64,000 bases of DNA from Basidiobolus meristosporus CBS 931.73 (GCA_002104905.1 MCFE01000290.1:1-64000), one strand, 5' to 3'. Counted from the first letter of the stretch, positions 23,101 through 35,526 are shown. Notes: generated by a model not told the origin, from the sequence alone. Made by a program: numbers and translations.

Positions 23101-25886
23101 ACTTCTGCAGAGGATACCTCACTTTCACTAACCAAGACAAGTGAAAATGATTGATGTTGGACTGCTCAACTCCTAGAAACTGTTGCTGAATCGGTGTTAA
23201 AGGAATCAAGCTCTTAGTCCCCATTTGGTCATCCCAATCGGTGGGTTCATATTCTATTGATGTGTCGGTAACCAACTGTGCGTAGTCAACAGCTTGTTGA
23301 ATGGTTGGATATTGTAAAATACTCTGTACGGACACCTTAACTCCCATTTGACGACACATCGATGACACCTGAATGGCGGAAATGGAATCACCGCCCAGAT
23401 GATAAAAGGAGTCGCTAGTACCAATGCAAGATTGTTCTATGTTGAGCACTTCTGCCCAGGCTTTTTGCAAGATTTTCTCTATGGGAGAATTCGGCTGCGT
23501 CTTCAGTTCATTATACTCATTGGTACGACTATGCATGTTCTTCGAATAACTCTTAAAGAGCTTTTCTAGCAGCCTGAAGTCCGTCTTTCCGCTTGTGTTG
23601 ATAGGGATTCGAGTAAGAGGGATCCAGAGAGTAGGCACCATGTATGGGGGTAGCTTTCTTCTCGTTAGCTCTTGTATTTCCTCCACCATTGCACTGATAT
23701 CGCCATGTCTGTCTCCGCTACTTAAAATTTCCGTCTCATCCTCGACAGCTACGCTTTTGAATGTAACAAAAGCCACAAGCGCTCTATTCCTCTCTGTCTG
23801 GTTGGAGGGCTGTTCTATATTCAGGAGCCTAGCTGAAGCTCTTGCTACATTCGAATGTTGATGTAAGACGTGCTCTATCTCATCTAACTCAATTCGTAGC
23901 CCATTTAGTTTTACCTGGTTATCCTTTCGCCCAAGAATAACTATTGATCCATCGAGGTTATATCTCCCCAAGTCTCCTGATTTGTAGAGGCGCTCTCCCA
24001 AACAGAACGGGGAATCGATAAACGCCGATTCAGTCAGCTCTGGTCTATTCAAGTAGCCACGAGCAAGTTGAGGGCCTCCGAAATAAAGCTCCCCAACAGC
24101 ACCCAACGGAACCAGTCCAAGTGTGTCATTCAGGATGTATACTTTGTTTCGGCCGATTGGCCAGCCAATGTTATTGCAGGCTGTGGCGGTGCTTAATGAT
24201 TTTCTAACCATGGTGTATACTGTGGTCTCGGTAGGCCCATACCCATTATGCAGATCCACACTTTTGCACCAGGTATCGCGGATCGGTTTGGTCATCATCT
24301 CACCTCCTTGCTGGAGTTTTCTAAGAGTGGGCACTTCACTAGGCTTTAATAAGCCAGCCACTGTGGTTGTTAGCTGGGCTGCGGTAACCTTCATCATATG
24401 TGCCATTTCAGACAGATTAGTGAGCAAGTTGTTTTTGGAAGCCAGGCAAATTCGCGAGCCAATTGTGAGATTTACAAATAGGTCGAGTATAGAGGCGTCG
24501 AAGGTGAAATTGGAGAATTGGAGAAAGCGATCACTTTCGTCCAGACTGAGTATGTTTTTATGGCTTGCTGTGTAATTGACGACGGCCCGATGCTCTACCA
24601 TGACACCTTTAGGTGTTCCTGTGGACCCAGATGTAAATATCACATAGCAAAGACTAGAAGAGTCAAGCTGAGGAACCACAGGGTTTTTTTCTAACTTCCG
24701 GTGGCTTTCAATGTCGCCACTGTCTAACAAAGTCAGCAGGATATTGGTACAGGCGGTAAAAACACTTTTCAAGTCGCTCGTAGTCAAAACAATAGTAGAC
24801 TTCGTTTCTTCAAGGATAAAAGATACCCGCTCTTTGGGATATTCCGGATCCAAAGGAACGTAAGCAGCTCCTGACTTTAACACGGCTAAGATAGCCACCA
24901 CCATATCAATAGATTTGTCGATGCAGATAGGCACAATTTTCTCAGGCCCCACTCCAAGATCAATGAGGTAGTAGGCAAGTCTATTAGAACGACGATTCAA
25001 CTCAGCGTACGTAACAAATTCTTTATCCTCAAATTGTAGCGCGATGTTGAAAGGAGTCTTATCCGCCTGCTCTTCCACAAGTTGATGAATACAACGATCA
25101 TCCAATTCCGGGATATAATCAGGCTTTGCGTGCTGCCATGTATTTAGAAGTAGGATCTTTTCCTTGTCGGAAGTCCAATCCAGAGATCTTAGAGGTGTGT
25201 TGAGATTGCTCACTATTTTTTGCATTATGTAGACGAATTGGTCGGCATAAAGCCGGCCTTGATCTTGCTGAAAATGAGTATTGGATAGGCTTAGCCGTAT
25301 ATTGAGCTCCCCATTGACCAACCAACTGACTGCGTACGCGGCAAACTTGATGACCGAGTTTAAAAATCAGCCACTTGTGTTCGAGAAGATACAATATTTA
25401 ACTTCTAAAGTATAGTACCTGCTGGTTGATATCCATTTCGACTATTTCATCGTCACTGGCAAAAAGGACTGATGTGTTGAACGTATGCTCTACATTGCCA
25501 GATTCAAGGTCGACTGACTCCACGGGAGATGTATTGGCTAACTGTCTTACCCATTCCACTACCGAGAGAGATTTGGTTGTTTCATCGATGCTAGAGTGAA
25601 ATACCTGTATGTTGTTCGCAAGCGAAGAGGAGGACTGATTACGGATGCTTGTGCCAAAGGAGATTTGGGGGTCTCCAGTGTACAAGTTGAGCAAAATAGC
25701 CCAGGCTGCATGAACAAGACTTATCTCAACATTCAGGATATCCTCTGGCATGCCGTTTTTGTAGACTCTATCCACCGATATAACATTGGACTTGGTAACA
25801 TGGAACCAGCGCTTCTCGGCAGTGTCTAAGACTTCAGAGCTGGATGATGGCAAGAGAAGACAAGCGTTCGCTGATGGGATGTTCAT
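2128..25886 (-). CDS. Hexamodular nonribosomal peptide synthetase, about 7,872 aa: C*(truncated)-A1-T1-E1-C2-A2-T2-C3-A3-T3-C4-A4-T4-C5-A5-T5-E5-C6-A6-T6-E6-TE; exons 25419..25886, 6353..25345, 2128..6285
   Basis: Six A domains (YxxYTSGSTGxPKG, YGPTE, YRTGDL, NQxKLxGLRIEL) and six T domains (LGGDSI). Five C domains (HHxxxDGWS/HHAILDATS), three E domains (HHYxIDLVSWRI plus ExHGRE/Q and SRTxGWFT) and a TE (GYSFGG, IDA, HHELM). The three ORF-track ORFs join in frame through two phase-0 introns; exon lengths 468+18993+4158 are all divisible by 3. Confidence 0.93.
3719..3984 (-). repeat. 266-bp block of E6 nearly identical to 8346..8611 of E5
   Basis: Both encode VHHR(R/H)IESVDEIRSHVHQLQRSLNIVTGPLFQFALYDTPEGEQLIFMTVHHYIIDLVSWRIIWDDLEQLLQGKECNYKSMSFMKWSRML with almost identical DNA; the flanks are diverged. 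Confidence 0.92.
6286..6352 (-). other. Intron 2 of the NRPS (67 nt, phase 0)
   Basis: GAG|GTTTGT donor and CTTGTAG|TAC acceptor. Splicing gives ETTE|YPLTLLIGPDSSRLTYRLD, collinear with EPTE-YTLGLNIWIHEGVFKYRLD of C2. Confidence 0.85.
8346..8611 (-). repeat. 266-bp block of E5 nearly identical to 3719..3984 of E6
   Basis: Direct sequence match; see partner block. Confidence 0.92.
10180..13012 (-). repeat. Intragenic NRPS repeat copy C (A4 C-terminus, T4, C5, A5 N-terminus)
   Basis: Near-identical to 13441..16273 at offset 3261 bp; antisense ORFs recur with the same offset (10320/13581). Confidence 0.95.
13441..16273 (-). repeat. Intragenic NRPS repeat copy B (A3 C-terminus, T3, C4, A4 N-terminus)
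   Basis: Near-identical to copy C (-3261) and, in part, to copy A (+3261); only scattered substitutions (e.g. GVANS/GVVNS, GPGL/GHGL, DKYS/DKCS). Confidence 0.95.
17052..18805 (-). repeat. Intragenic NRPS repeat copy A (T2 core, C3, start of A3)
   Basis: Near-identical to 13791..15544 (offset 3261); identity starts at the DSFFSLGGDS codons of T2. Confidence 0.93.
25346..25418 (-). other. Intron 1 of the NRPS (73 nt, phase 0, AAG acceptor)
   Basis: CAG|GTACTA donor, CTGAT branch-like site, CATCAAG|TTT acceptor (the only AG after the in-frame TGA). Joins INQQ|FAAYAVSWLVNGELNIRL. Confidence 0.75.
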
Positions 25887-28400
25887 TTCCAGGGCTGTAT
25901 TTTCCTATTCGATAGCTCCTAGGCCTACCTTCTCCTGGTACTTTTATAGGCGGAGGATCTAGTCTCTTGGACTCAAACGTACACCGATTACCGGTTTTTT
26001 AAAGTACGGTAAATTTCATATCCCGATTTCCAGTGTACAGGTATAACATAATTCGTGGTCACTTTATTGGACTCGTAGACTTGAGAAAGAGCCATCAGTT
26101 CAAAAAGACCATTAAATTGAATAATAATGAAGATCGGTGCACGATGAAAACCTTCTTGTACTTCATACTTGAATTTCTCAGCTTCCTCATTAACACTCCT
26201 CTGGATACCACTTGCTTTGGCCAACCATTCGAGTACATTACAGCGATTCATCATTAGTACACTATAGGCTCGCCAAAGCAGTTACCCACTAGTTTGGACA
26301 TGTTTTTAATGGTATTGATTAGATGGGAACTATCGAACAGATTAGAATTAGAAAATACTTGCATATTGAGTGAACGTTTTCTTGGTCGTACGACGATGTG
26401 GGTAGGTAGAATCATCGGGGGCAACTCCAAACACTGGATCATCTTTCATCTTTGATTTAGGGGGATTAACTCTATATGCGAGTTTAATATGTCCAAATAC
26501 GAAACCTCGTGATTGATTGAGTTTTCCTGATCAAGTGGTCGGAGCTCCATATTTGGCTAGTGGGATATTCAGATTCACACATGAGCAAATAGGTGCATTC
26601 AGATTTGCCATTTGGGCATTCTCTTCATACAGGTTTGTAAGAAACGGCAGTAATATCACATAATTCCCTAGATAAGCAGCCATCGGTGGCGATTATTACT
26701 GTGAGCATGTAAATCATCCATCTGCCATCCGAGGAAATCCAAGTATCCATGACAGGATACAACAATCCTCCGGACCACCATGCAAATCATGGGTACAAGA
26801 GTGGTGTTGTCAAGCATGGTAAGAATATCTAGAAGACTCATATGGTTAAATGCTGGGAATGTGAAAATATTTTTCTTGCCACATTAATAATTACTTTTAC
26901 CTTGTTTGAACCTTGGTGGGAATCGGCTGGAAATTGGTTTGCGCACAATAGTTTCGTGGCCGATGTTGGCTGTTACCTCAATAAAAGCGCTGGGTGGGGA
27001 GATTGATTGAGTTTCCCTTTTCCAGCATCTGCACTAGGTGACATTGATCCCATGTTCATTTCTGGATGGGTCTCTTGGTTGCGCAGAGTAGCCTACACTG
27101 GTAGGATCTTCCGACCGTCCACAATGTGTATTCGCGATATTTTTCATTTATGCCCTGGTCATTATCGGTTGGTAGTTGTCACCTTGACCTGTGTTACATT
27201 TGTCAATGCATGTCTGGTTATACAGTGAGCTACCTTGACGTTCGTCGATCTGAGCCTGGTAAAATATCCCAGGCTCAAACTCAGTGGATACATTTTGGTG
27301 AGTATTCTAGTACAGAGTACTTCTTGGATACATGACAGTCTAATGTGTCTATCTAGTTTGAAACATTTGCATTTGGCAGATCTCCTACAACCCTGAAAAC
27401 GTAAGCATATCTTCACAATGAGCTAAACTGCCCGTTTTTAACCTCGCATGTCGCGGTCCCTGTTGCATGCCAGTTAAAAGTTGGCCAACATACACAAACC
27501 ATCACTTCGTGGCATCCTTTCATTAATTTAGCTTGCCTGACATAAAATGGGATGCTGAACAGTTGGGTTGATACACCATTGGTATATTTTCTGCCAAACG
27601 CACTGTATTCCTTATTTTAGGATGAAAGTACGTAGCAATGACCAACATAAATTTAATTCTGCAAGAACAATAGTTGCTTTAGTACCTGCAAATTTGTAGC
27701 ATCATATAATGCTGAATAATCATGTTTATCAAGAATATGAATGATAATACTATCCAAGTTGTGAAGTTTATTAGCAGAATAGTATGTGATAAATGAGCAA
27801 CGGCTACAGAGCTAATTGGTTGAAAGGGATGTGATAGTATAGCTGTGAGAGTTCTAGATGTTATAAAATTTGTAATCACACCTGAATATTCCATTAACTT
27901 AGTCACCGAGATTAGTATCTACAAATCTTCGGATATTTTGCCAAATTCCTTGTTGAGATTTACCTATATCAGGTACCTAGAACAAGAAAAATTGGTAGCT
28001 GTCTAATGGCCCCTAAACTCTGCACACATGCTCTTGGGACCTTTCTAAACATATTCTACAGGCGTGCTCTGTCAATGACCATATAAGTGTATAGATACCA
28101 CCTTTATACTCAGTAAATCATTAAGTGAAAAACACTTTATCTACTTGTTCCCCAATCATTTCCGATATCTCTAAAGCTCTTACAACACTGTAGATGTGGG
28201 AAGTTCTGGCTAGCCGGTATATTAGAGAGGATATTCTAAATCAGTTCTAACTCGGATTCTTGGCAGGATTCAATATTCTCCTGGCAGAAATCAACTGTAC
28301 ATATGATCACAACAGTGGTTTCAAATATGATTTTAAGCATGAAGTCTAAGATATTCCCTATGAAAAATCTCGTACCTGGAAATCATCCAATAATCTGCCG

Positions 28401-29318
28401 GTATCTGCTGACTTTTTACTGGTTTTTTGCTGGCAAATTTTTAGTTGTAATTCCTTGTGGAAGAAGTTGGTAGCTTATTGCCAAAAATGGTATAAGTGCT
28501 ATTCAGCCTAGTCTCCTCCTAGAAATATGTCTGCTTGTCTGCCTAATAGCTAATACCTAAGATATTGATAGTTATAAGTTTGGAGAAACTTACAATTTAG
28601 TTGATATCATGATGGTATTCTGCTGGCCTTTGGATTTTTTTCTTAAGGATTACCACTTACATAATTCCCAATTTATGACTAATAATCATTGCAACTGTCT
28701 TGACTTGGGAAACAATGAGTGCATATACAACTTGGCAGTCAATAGGACTAATATAGCAGCTTTAAATTGTTTTTGATATTGAAATCAGCTCTTGATATAA
28801 AATTGTCTTGACAACAGTAACACCTGGGCACCACTTAGAGTGACTAGAAGAATATAGATCCCATTTGTTTGTTTCTTGCAATGAAGTTAGGTATTTGAGC
28901 TTCTGAGCAGGTTTTCCAAGAAAAAACATTCAAGGAGCAATGACAACAAAATGAGTTATGACAGCTTGGAGATATTGGGAGTGATTGAGTTAACAAGTAG
29001 ATTGTGTGGCTTTGCCAGAAGATTTTCTAAATATGAAGTAGTTCTGATACTTTAGCATGTCTGAAGTAAAGCACACTGATGGAATATACATAAAAAGGCT
29101 TCAAGAGCACTTGTGCAAAGCTTGGGGGCCTTTGGATAGCTTTTTAATCTTACATGTCCTAGGTACCAGTTATTTAGGTGTTATATGCCAGGTACATCCC
29201 AACAAACAACTTGGGCAGAATGTCCAAAGACTTGTAAACTACAATCTAAGTGACCAAGCTGATGGAATATTTAAGTGTAATTACAAATGTTACAACAGAA
29301 TGCTGGATATGGTATATT
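28401..29318. mobile_element. CpG-free, AT-rich decayed sequence, probably a repeat or transposon relic
   Basis: No CG dinucleotide seen by eye over about 920 bp and no intact ORF. No family-diagnostic motif recognised. Confidence 0.35.
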
Positions 29319-32300
29319 CGAGATTTATGGTTACTTTAAGTATAAAATACAGCACTAGTTAGTCAGTAATCCCAGGAATAGAGATCACAATGTGTCATGT
29401 CAGAATACAAATAATAATATACTGAGCTGATTTTTGAAAATTCTCTAAATCAGTGATATTACAAAATCCATTATTTACATTCGGACATCTACATCATCTT
29501 GGTCACTCAAAGCGTAACCGATGAGTTTCATTATTTCCTGGCAAATTACTCGAAATATTCTCAATTAAATGTTAGGTCCAAAAGCCCCCAAACTATGTGC
29601 ATATGATTTTGGGATTCTTACCACTCAATGAGCTTGTCTTGTCAGGACCTTGTAAGCATACAATACCACTTTTACATTCTGCAGATCCTTAAGTAGACCC
29701 TACTGTTGGTTCTCTCAATCATTTATTATATCTCACAAACTCAGACAAGTAATACCTCATTAAGGTTCTTGTTTTAGGTGGCATCATTTGCTTACCCCTA
29801 TATTTGATAAAGACTCAATTATTTTAGTTTGTGGGTATAGCAGGTTGAGGGTCAGTAAGAAGTCTAGAGTTCTATGATTGCTTGCAAAGCCCAACTAACA
29901 TAGTGACATCTTTCGTAATACTTTATGGTATGGATTAGTTGTGGAAGGTTCTTGGACGTGTGCAATATTTCAAATCTTTTTGGTTGCTTTTTTCAGGATC
30001 TATATCAAAATTTTTTGATAGACGCCACCAGAATACCATATGAAAATTAGCAGAAATCCAGCTTGTATTAAACTCAACTTCTCAAACATATTGTGCTAGG
30101 GTTCATAGGTATAATAATATTCCATGCAATATACAGGCCAAGTAGGGCGCTTGCAACAGTTCAAGTATAACACATAATGCTACGCGTAATATATAACCTA
30201 GCATATACGTTATTCCCAGGAAGAGTATAAAGCCTGGTTGCTATTTTGAAATTTCTGATAGGGGTTATGTTGCTAGGCGACTTGGACGATTTTGAGTAAT
30301 TGCTAAGATATTTAAATACACAACTAATCAATTATTAGGTGCTACGTTAATTACTTGCGACAGTAAATAACAGACCTCCATGATTTAGATTAAATCAGAG
30401 TAGTGATGAATATTGCGCAATATACTCCTGCCAGTAAACCCAATGTTCAGGTATTTGCCATTTCCCCGTCTGTCACGTTGCTTTTTATGCAAAATCTTCA
30501 GGAAATACTAACCAACCTTATAGAAAACAATCAACTCTGCGTATGTTTCACACAGTATTCAGATCGATTCAATCAAGAAACCACCGTGTCCGTGCTTCAG
30601 CGGTGCACATCGCACAGGAAAAATGGGTGGGTATTTGGTTGTGGAATTCGAACTAGGACTTGAAAGTGATTCGGGCAAATGATTATCACTAATAATCAAT
30701 GACTCGTTGGATGCGGAAATCGTGAGTAAGGGGAATCGGATATCGCAATAACCCAGTACTCGACTGATATTACTGGCATTAGGCTTGCAAATCCCAGGCT
30801 ATGAGCTTCTTTCTGAATCAATGATCGCCGGCGATTGCAAGAACCCAATCACTTCTGACCCCAACATAAAATGGATGGTATTAAGTTCTGAAACCACTCA
30901 ATAAAACCTTAGATGGGAGAATTGCTATGCATGTAGAGTAAACATTGATGGTGGACTTGCTACAGTTCATAGATACAAACGAAGAGGCAGTCTACGAAAC
31001 ATCATAAGGATGTGTGTATACCCATCGGGTGTCGGTCATCGAATGTCTGTCGAGGCGAATGATCAGAACAATGGCCAGAAATGTGGCACATAATGTTGGA
31101 GTATTTGGCTAGTGTTGAACACCATCCACCATACCGAGTATCAGAAACACCCAGCACACGCATGAGCAGTTCGATTCCCTTGTGGATACCGTAAAGGGGG
31201 GATATTGCTAAATTCGAAGAAAATCGGTGCTGGTTTATTTAACTTTAGTTGACAGGCCCGGCATCACCACCCATGATTCGACTCCAGCGCTGTGAGCACA
31301 TTTGCCTTTCCAAGAATCACTCTGCCTATAATCCCAACGTATGCTCGAGAATTCTTCCTGGATCATCCAGAACTGTTCCCAAAGTGAGTGCGTAATTAGG
31401 CGCCACATCAGACGGCATAATTGCATATAAAGATATATGCTTCAATATATCCAATCTGCCCTCCGATCCGTATCGCATTCAGTTAGACGATGGTTCCCGT
31501 TGAGATATGGAACTTCTTGAACAACATCGGGCCATGGTGTACGGCAACGAATCAGGGGAAGGGGAATTGTTCTGGGCATAGCTTCAAACAACCAGCTTCA
31601 GGCCACGCACGTAAATCCAGAAAACAGTGTGGAGAGACAATGAAACACGGTGCATCCATCGGGCTATTTCCATAGGTACCTGGCGTCACTTTTCCTGCTC
31701 GTACCCGGCTACGAAATGGGGGATGTTACGAAAGACGAAGGTTATCTGAGTTAAAAAACATGAGACCAATAACCAGTCAAGATATTCCCAGGATTGTGGA
31801 GCAACAAGCCTGCCATTTCTAGGGCAATCCGAGGCCAGCGCCAATCAGCGGCCTCCGCTGGGTTATTGCATACATGGCCAACATCCATGGAAGTGTGCGA
31901 TGCCTGAATAAACATGCAGCGGGCTTGTGGAACCCTAAACTGAGCGTTTCATAATAATCGTAGAATCCTGTGGCCCTTGTTGGGCCTCATCTATTCTTCG
32001 GAACACAAACGATTGTTCCTAAGAACTGGCCACATCTCAAGTGAGCATATCCTGGTAGCCTGCTTCCATCCGTCCAATAGCTTCTGCGGCTAAACGAGTG
32101 TTCATAAAGCTATATCCTGATCAGAGATATTCCATTTTCTGCTGACTGCCGCCAAATGAGGCAATCTGCTTTGTTAATGATCTCAAATACAAGCAATCTT
32201 TCCTAAACGAACCAATGGCGGAGTGGATTGGCTATATTTCTTTTGCTGAGCAAGGCTGGTTAGGGGTTACAGCCCTCAATCGGGGTTTTCCATTGGCATA

Positions 32301-32571
32301 GGCAAAAAGGTTAAATAATTTTCAGTGTCCACTTTTAGTATCATCATGGCTTAATACTGTATCTCCTTATGCGTTTGAGTTGTGCGTCTGGACCCATGCT
32401 CATCTTGATTGGCTCGGGTGCCACCCACCCATCCACTAATAAAATTAGATTCAAGAATTAAGCTGCGCAAAGGGTAACCCATTGTTTTACTTATTCCATT
32501 TCACTTGTTTAAACTTTCCTTCCTTCCACCTTGCACTTCCTTCCTAACACTAGCCTCCCTGACAAATAATA

Positions 32572-33305
32572 ATGGCTGACATTTCTGAGTACTGCCCTTC
32601 CTTCGCACCTTTCTTTGGCTTTGCTGGTGTTTTCGCCGCCATGGCTATGAGTTGTGAGTATTTGCGCGTATTCTTCTGTCTCCTCCGACCTTCGTTCCAC
32701 ATGCGCCCCAGAATCAATGGCTTTCCTTGATGCGATACTTATTCAACTTTGTTTCAATCTACAGCTGCCGGCGCTGCTTATGGTACTGCAAAGGCCGGTA
32801 TGGGTATTGCCGGCATGGGTACCTTCCGACCAGAGCTCATCATGAAGGTATGCCTCATTCAGTATATGCCAAAATACACACGAATCTAACCGCTCGGATT
32901 GCTATAGTCTCTGATTCCAGTAGTTATGGCTGGTATTATTGCCGTGTACGGCCTTGTGACTTCTGTATTGATCTCTGGCAGTAGTAAGTGATCTGATATT
33001 TTGAGTAATATCGTCGGTACTCGTCCCTAATCGCCTGTTTGTTAGTGTCTCCAAGTGACCCTTACTCTCTCTTGTCTGGTTTTGTTCATATGGGATCCGG
33101 CATAGCGGTTGGTAGCACCGGCCTTGCTGCTGGTTATACCATCGGCATTGTGGGAGATGCCTGCGTCCGCGGTTATGCGTTCCAACCCCGTCTGTTTGTT
33201 ACCATGGTCTTGATTCTCATTTTCGCTGAAGTCTTGGGACTTTATGGACTCATTGTTTCGCTGATTATGAACACCAAGTCTGACAACACCATGTGTCGCG
33301 CATAA
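32572..33305 (+). CDS. VMA11: V-type ATPase proteolipid subunit c' (4 exons)
   Basis: [27 protein letters not shown] / [28 protein letters not shown] / [17 protein letters not shown] / ...[19 protein letters not shown], with GT-AG introns. [17 protein letters not shown] is the c' type; the catalytic Glu is in FAEVLGLYG. Confidence 0.9.
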
Positions 33306-35526
33306 TCCCTCCATCTATTCCCCTCCCTTACCGGCATCCACAGCATAGCAAGTTGTTGTACTTGGGGACATTATCTCATGGTTGTTCGTTTTGTTTTCAA
33401 TTTACACCTATCACGAGTTATCAGAAAATGACTTGTAGTAAACAAGTATACTCTTGCATAATACTCTCGCTTTATAATTTTAATTAAAAGTTTAATTAGA
33501 TTTCAAAAGATCCACTTCCTTTAGGATTGACTGAGGAGCGATTACTGCCACCATGTTGCTCTATGGTACACACACGGTAGCTGATAAAACTCATCATTTT
33601 AAGCTTTAGGCTTGTTGGGTGACAAGACGGGGTTTTTCGATTTAGAAATGATTCGTGGAACATCGAATGATCTACACAAAATCTTATTTTCCTGCCGACA
33701 AATTGTATTCTGAAGGGAGCAATAGCTCTTACATGGATCGGAGCAGTGTAAAACTCGGAGTCCCTACGTCAGGACATTGAATCCCCCATATACTCGCGTC
33801 ATGACTTCATTTAACTAAAAACATTTTAGAATTCTTTCAAGCCGGGGCCCTGTATCTGAAAATGTAATCGACGACCGGCTTCCATATATGGAGTCAATAG
33901 TACTTATTCACAGCGTACAGTGAGTGTCGGTTAATATAGCCGAATCAGTCTTTCCCTCGCCTATCAGATCCAGGCTCCCTCAATTTCGATTCAGCTAGCC
34001 CGCGGCCACAGTGCCACATTTCCCTCAAATCTAAGCTTACAAATACCCACCTATGGCGGATTCCCAGCCCTGAGGGAAGCGACTGGAGGCTATTTATGTA
34101 TCTTCGGGTGGTTCACTTGCATCATTGCTAGTGGCGAATATTTCATTTGTGAGTGGTTCAGATCTTCAAATCATCACATGAATATCCAGTCGTTCAGACA
34201 TACTACGTCATTCGTTTGTAGTTGAGAATAATAGCTCTTGATCAAGCTATGTAGTGCTTGCGCTAACAATATACAACTTTTTTGAGAATGTCTATTGCTG
34301 AGCAACAAGTGGACCGAGTCAAAAAAAAGTTGTTATGGCTGTGCAATGGGCCCATGCGGTCAGACTGGGATGAGAGCCATGCTTTCTCACCCTTCATGGC
34401 CTATAATGTTGAAGCAAGACACAAGTGCCATTCTACTGTGTAGTATTGTTAATTCAACCACTTGTTGGAATTTACACCATAATGTACCCGACTTGAGTGA
34501 GGAAATCTCTAGTTTATAGGCAACATGCTACACATAGTAAGTCTACACCCGACTATTGTCCATATACTGCATTACCTTCAGCTTCAGTGATATTTCACAT
34601 GCGTATGATGCAGGCGACATCAACATCAACATCAACGTAGTTGTAAAATATGAATGAAACTTATGCCCATCCACAATCCCACTAGATATAACATGTCACT
34701 AGAAATAGTGCCCTACACGAAACAACAATCCAGCCAGCCGTTAAGTGATTCGTTCGCTCGCTAAACACAAGTTTAACAAGTTCCCTGTTTGGATATGCTG
34801 TTTCTATTGCACAAAAATATCCATGCAATGTGATCAATAGCCCCGAAATTCCCATGGTTAATATATCCGCAATTTCTGGAACGACGATGATGATTCATCC
34901 ACTCAAGCTCATATAGCGCTGAATCCGAAGTGCAGCCAAAACAAATCAATGCTCTCGCGAGATTCTTGACCATCCCCGAGACTAAATACCGTTAGAACCA
35001 CCCTCTCGCAACTTCCTTGCCATCCCATTCCAAAACCAACCCACAATGAATGTGCGAGATGCGAGCCTGGCTACATGCGGATTAGTGAGGTTGTTTTGGA
35101 TGAGCCCAATGAATGTTTGATTCCAGGAGATTTCCTGCTGTTTGAGTCAAACAAATATCGGAAAAAAAAATAGAGATCATTATGGGCGAATGCCGTTCAC
35201 CCTATGGTCACTCTGACTAAAAATTTTTCAATCAACGGGATTCGTGTCATATGGGTGGGTTAATCTTCGCTCAGAATGGCTGTTTTGTCACCCTACCCCT
35301 TACCCAACTCATATCCCTGTCGCAGGATTTTCATTTATTATTATTTGGCTTGGTCGTAGAGCCTCACTTCGTTTCAAGTAAATTCTTGTGTTTTCTCAGT
35401 TTTAGACACTAGGTAACTATCCCAACTTGAGATACTTTTCTCTATGAAATGCTCTCTTGCTGTACACCGAACTAATAATAAAAATATGGGTTATCTTATT
35501 TCTGGCTGTCTCCATTCAAATAGGAA

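Noticed and set aside
25988-27416. Short ORFs upstream of the NRPS as extra exons or a transporter pseudogene
   Set aside because: No NRPS motifs, no convincing splice path, and no family could be identified by eye.
30630-30670. GTTCGAATTCC (minus strand), resembling a tRNA T-loop
   Set aside because: No T-stem pairing, acceptor stem or D/anticodon arms could be built.
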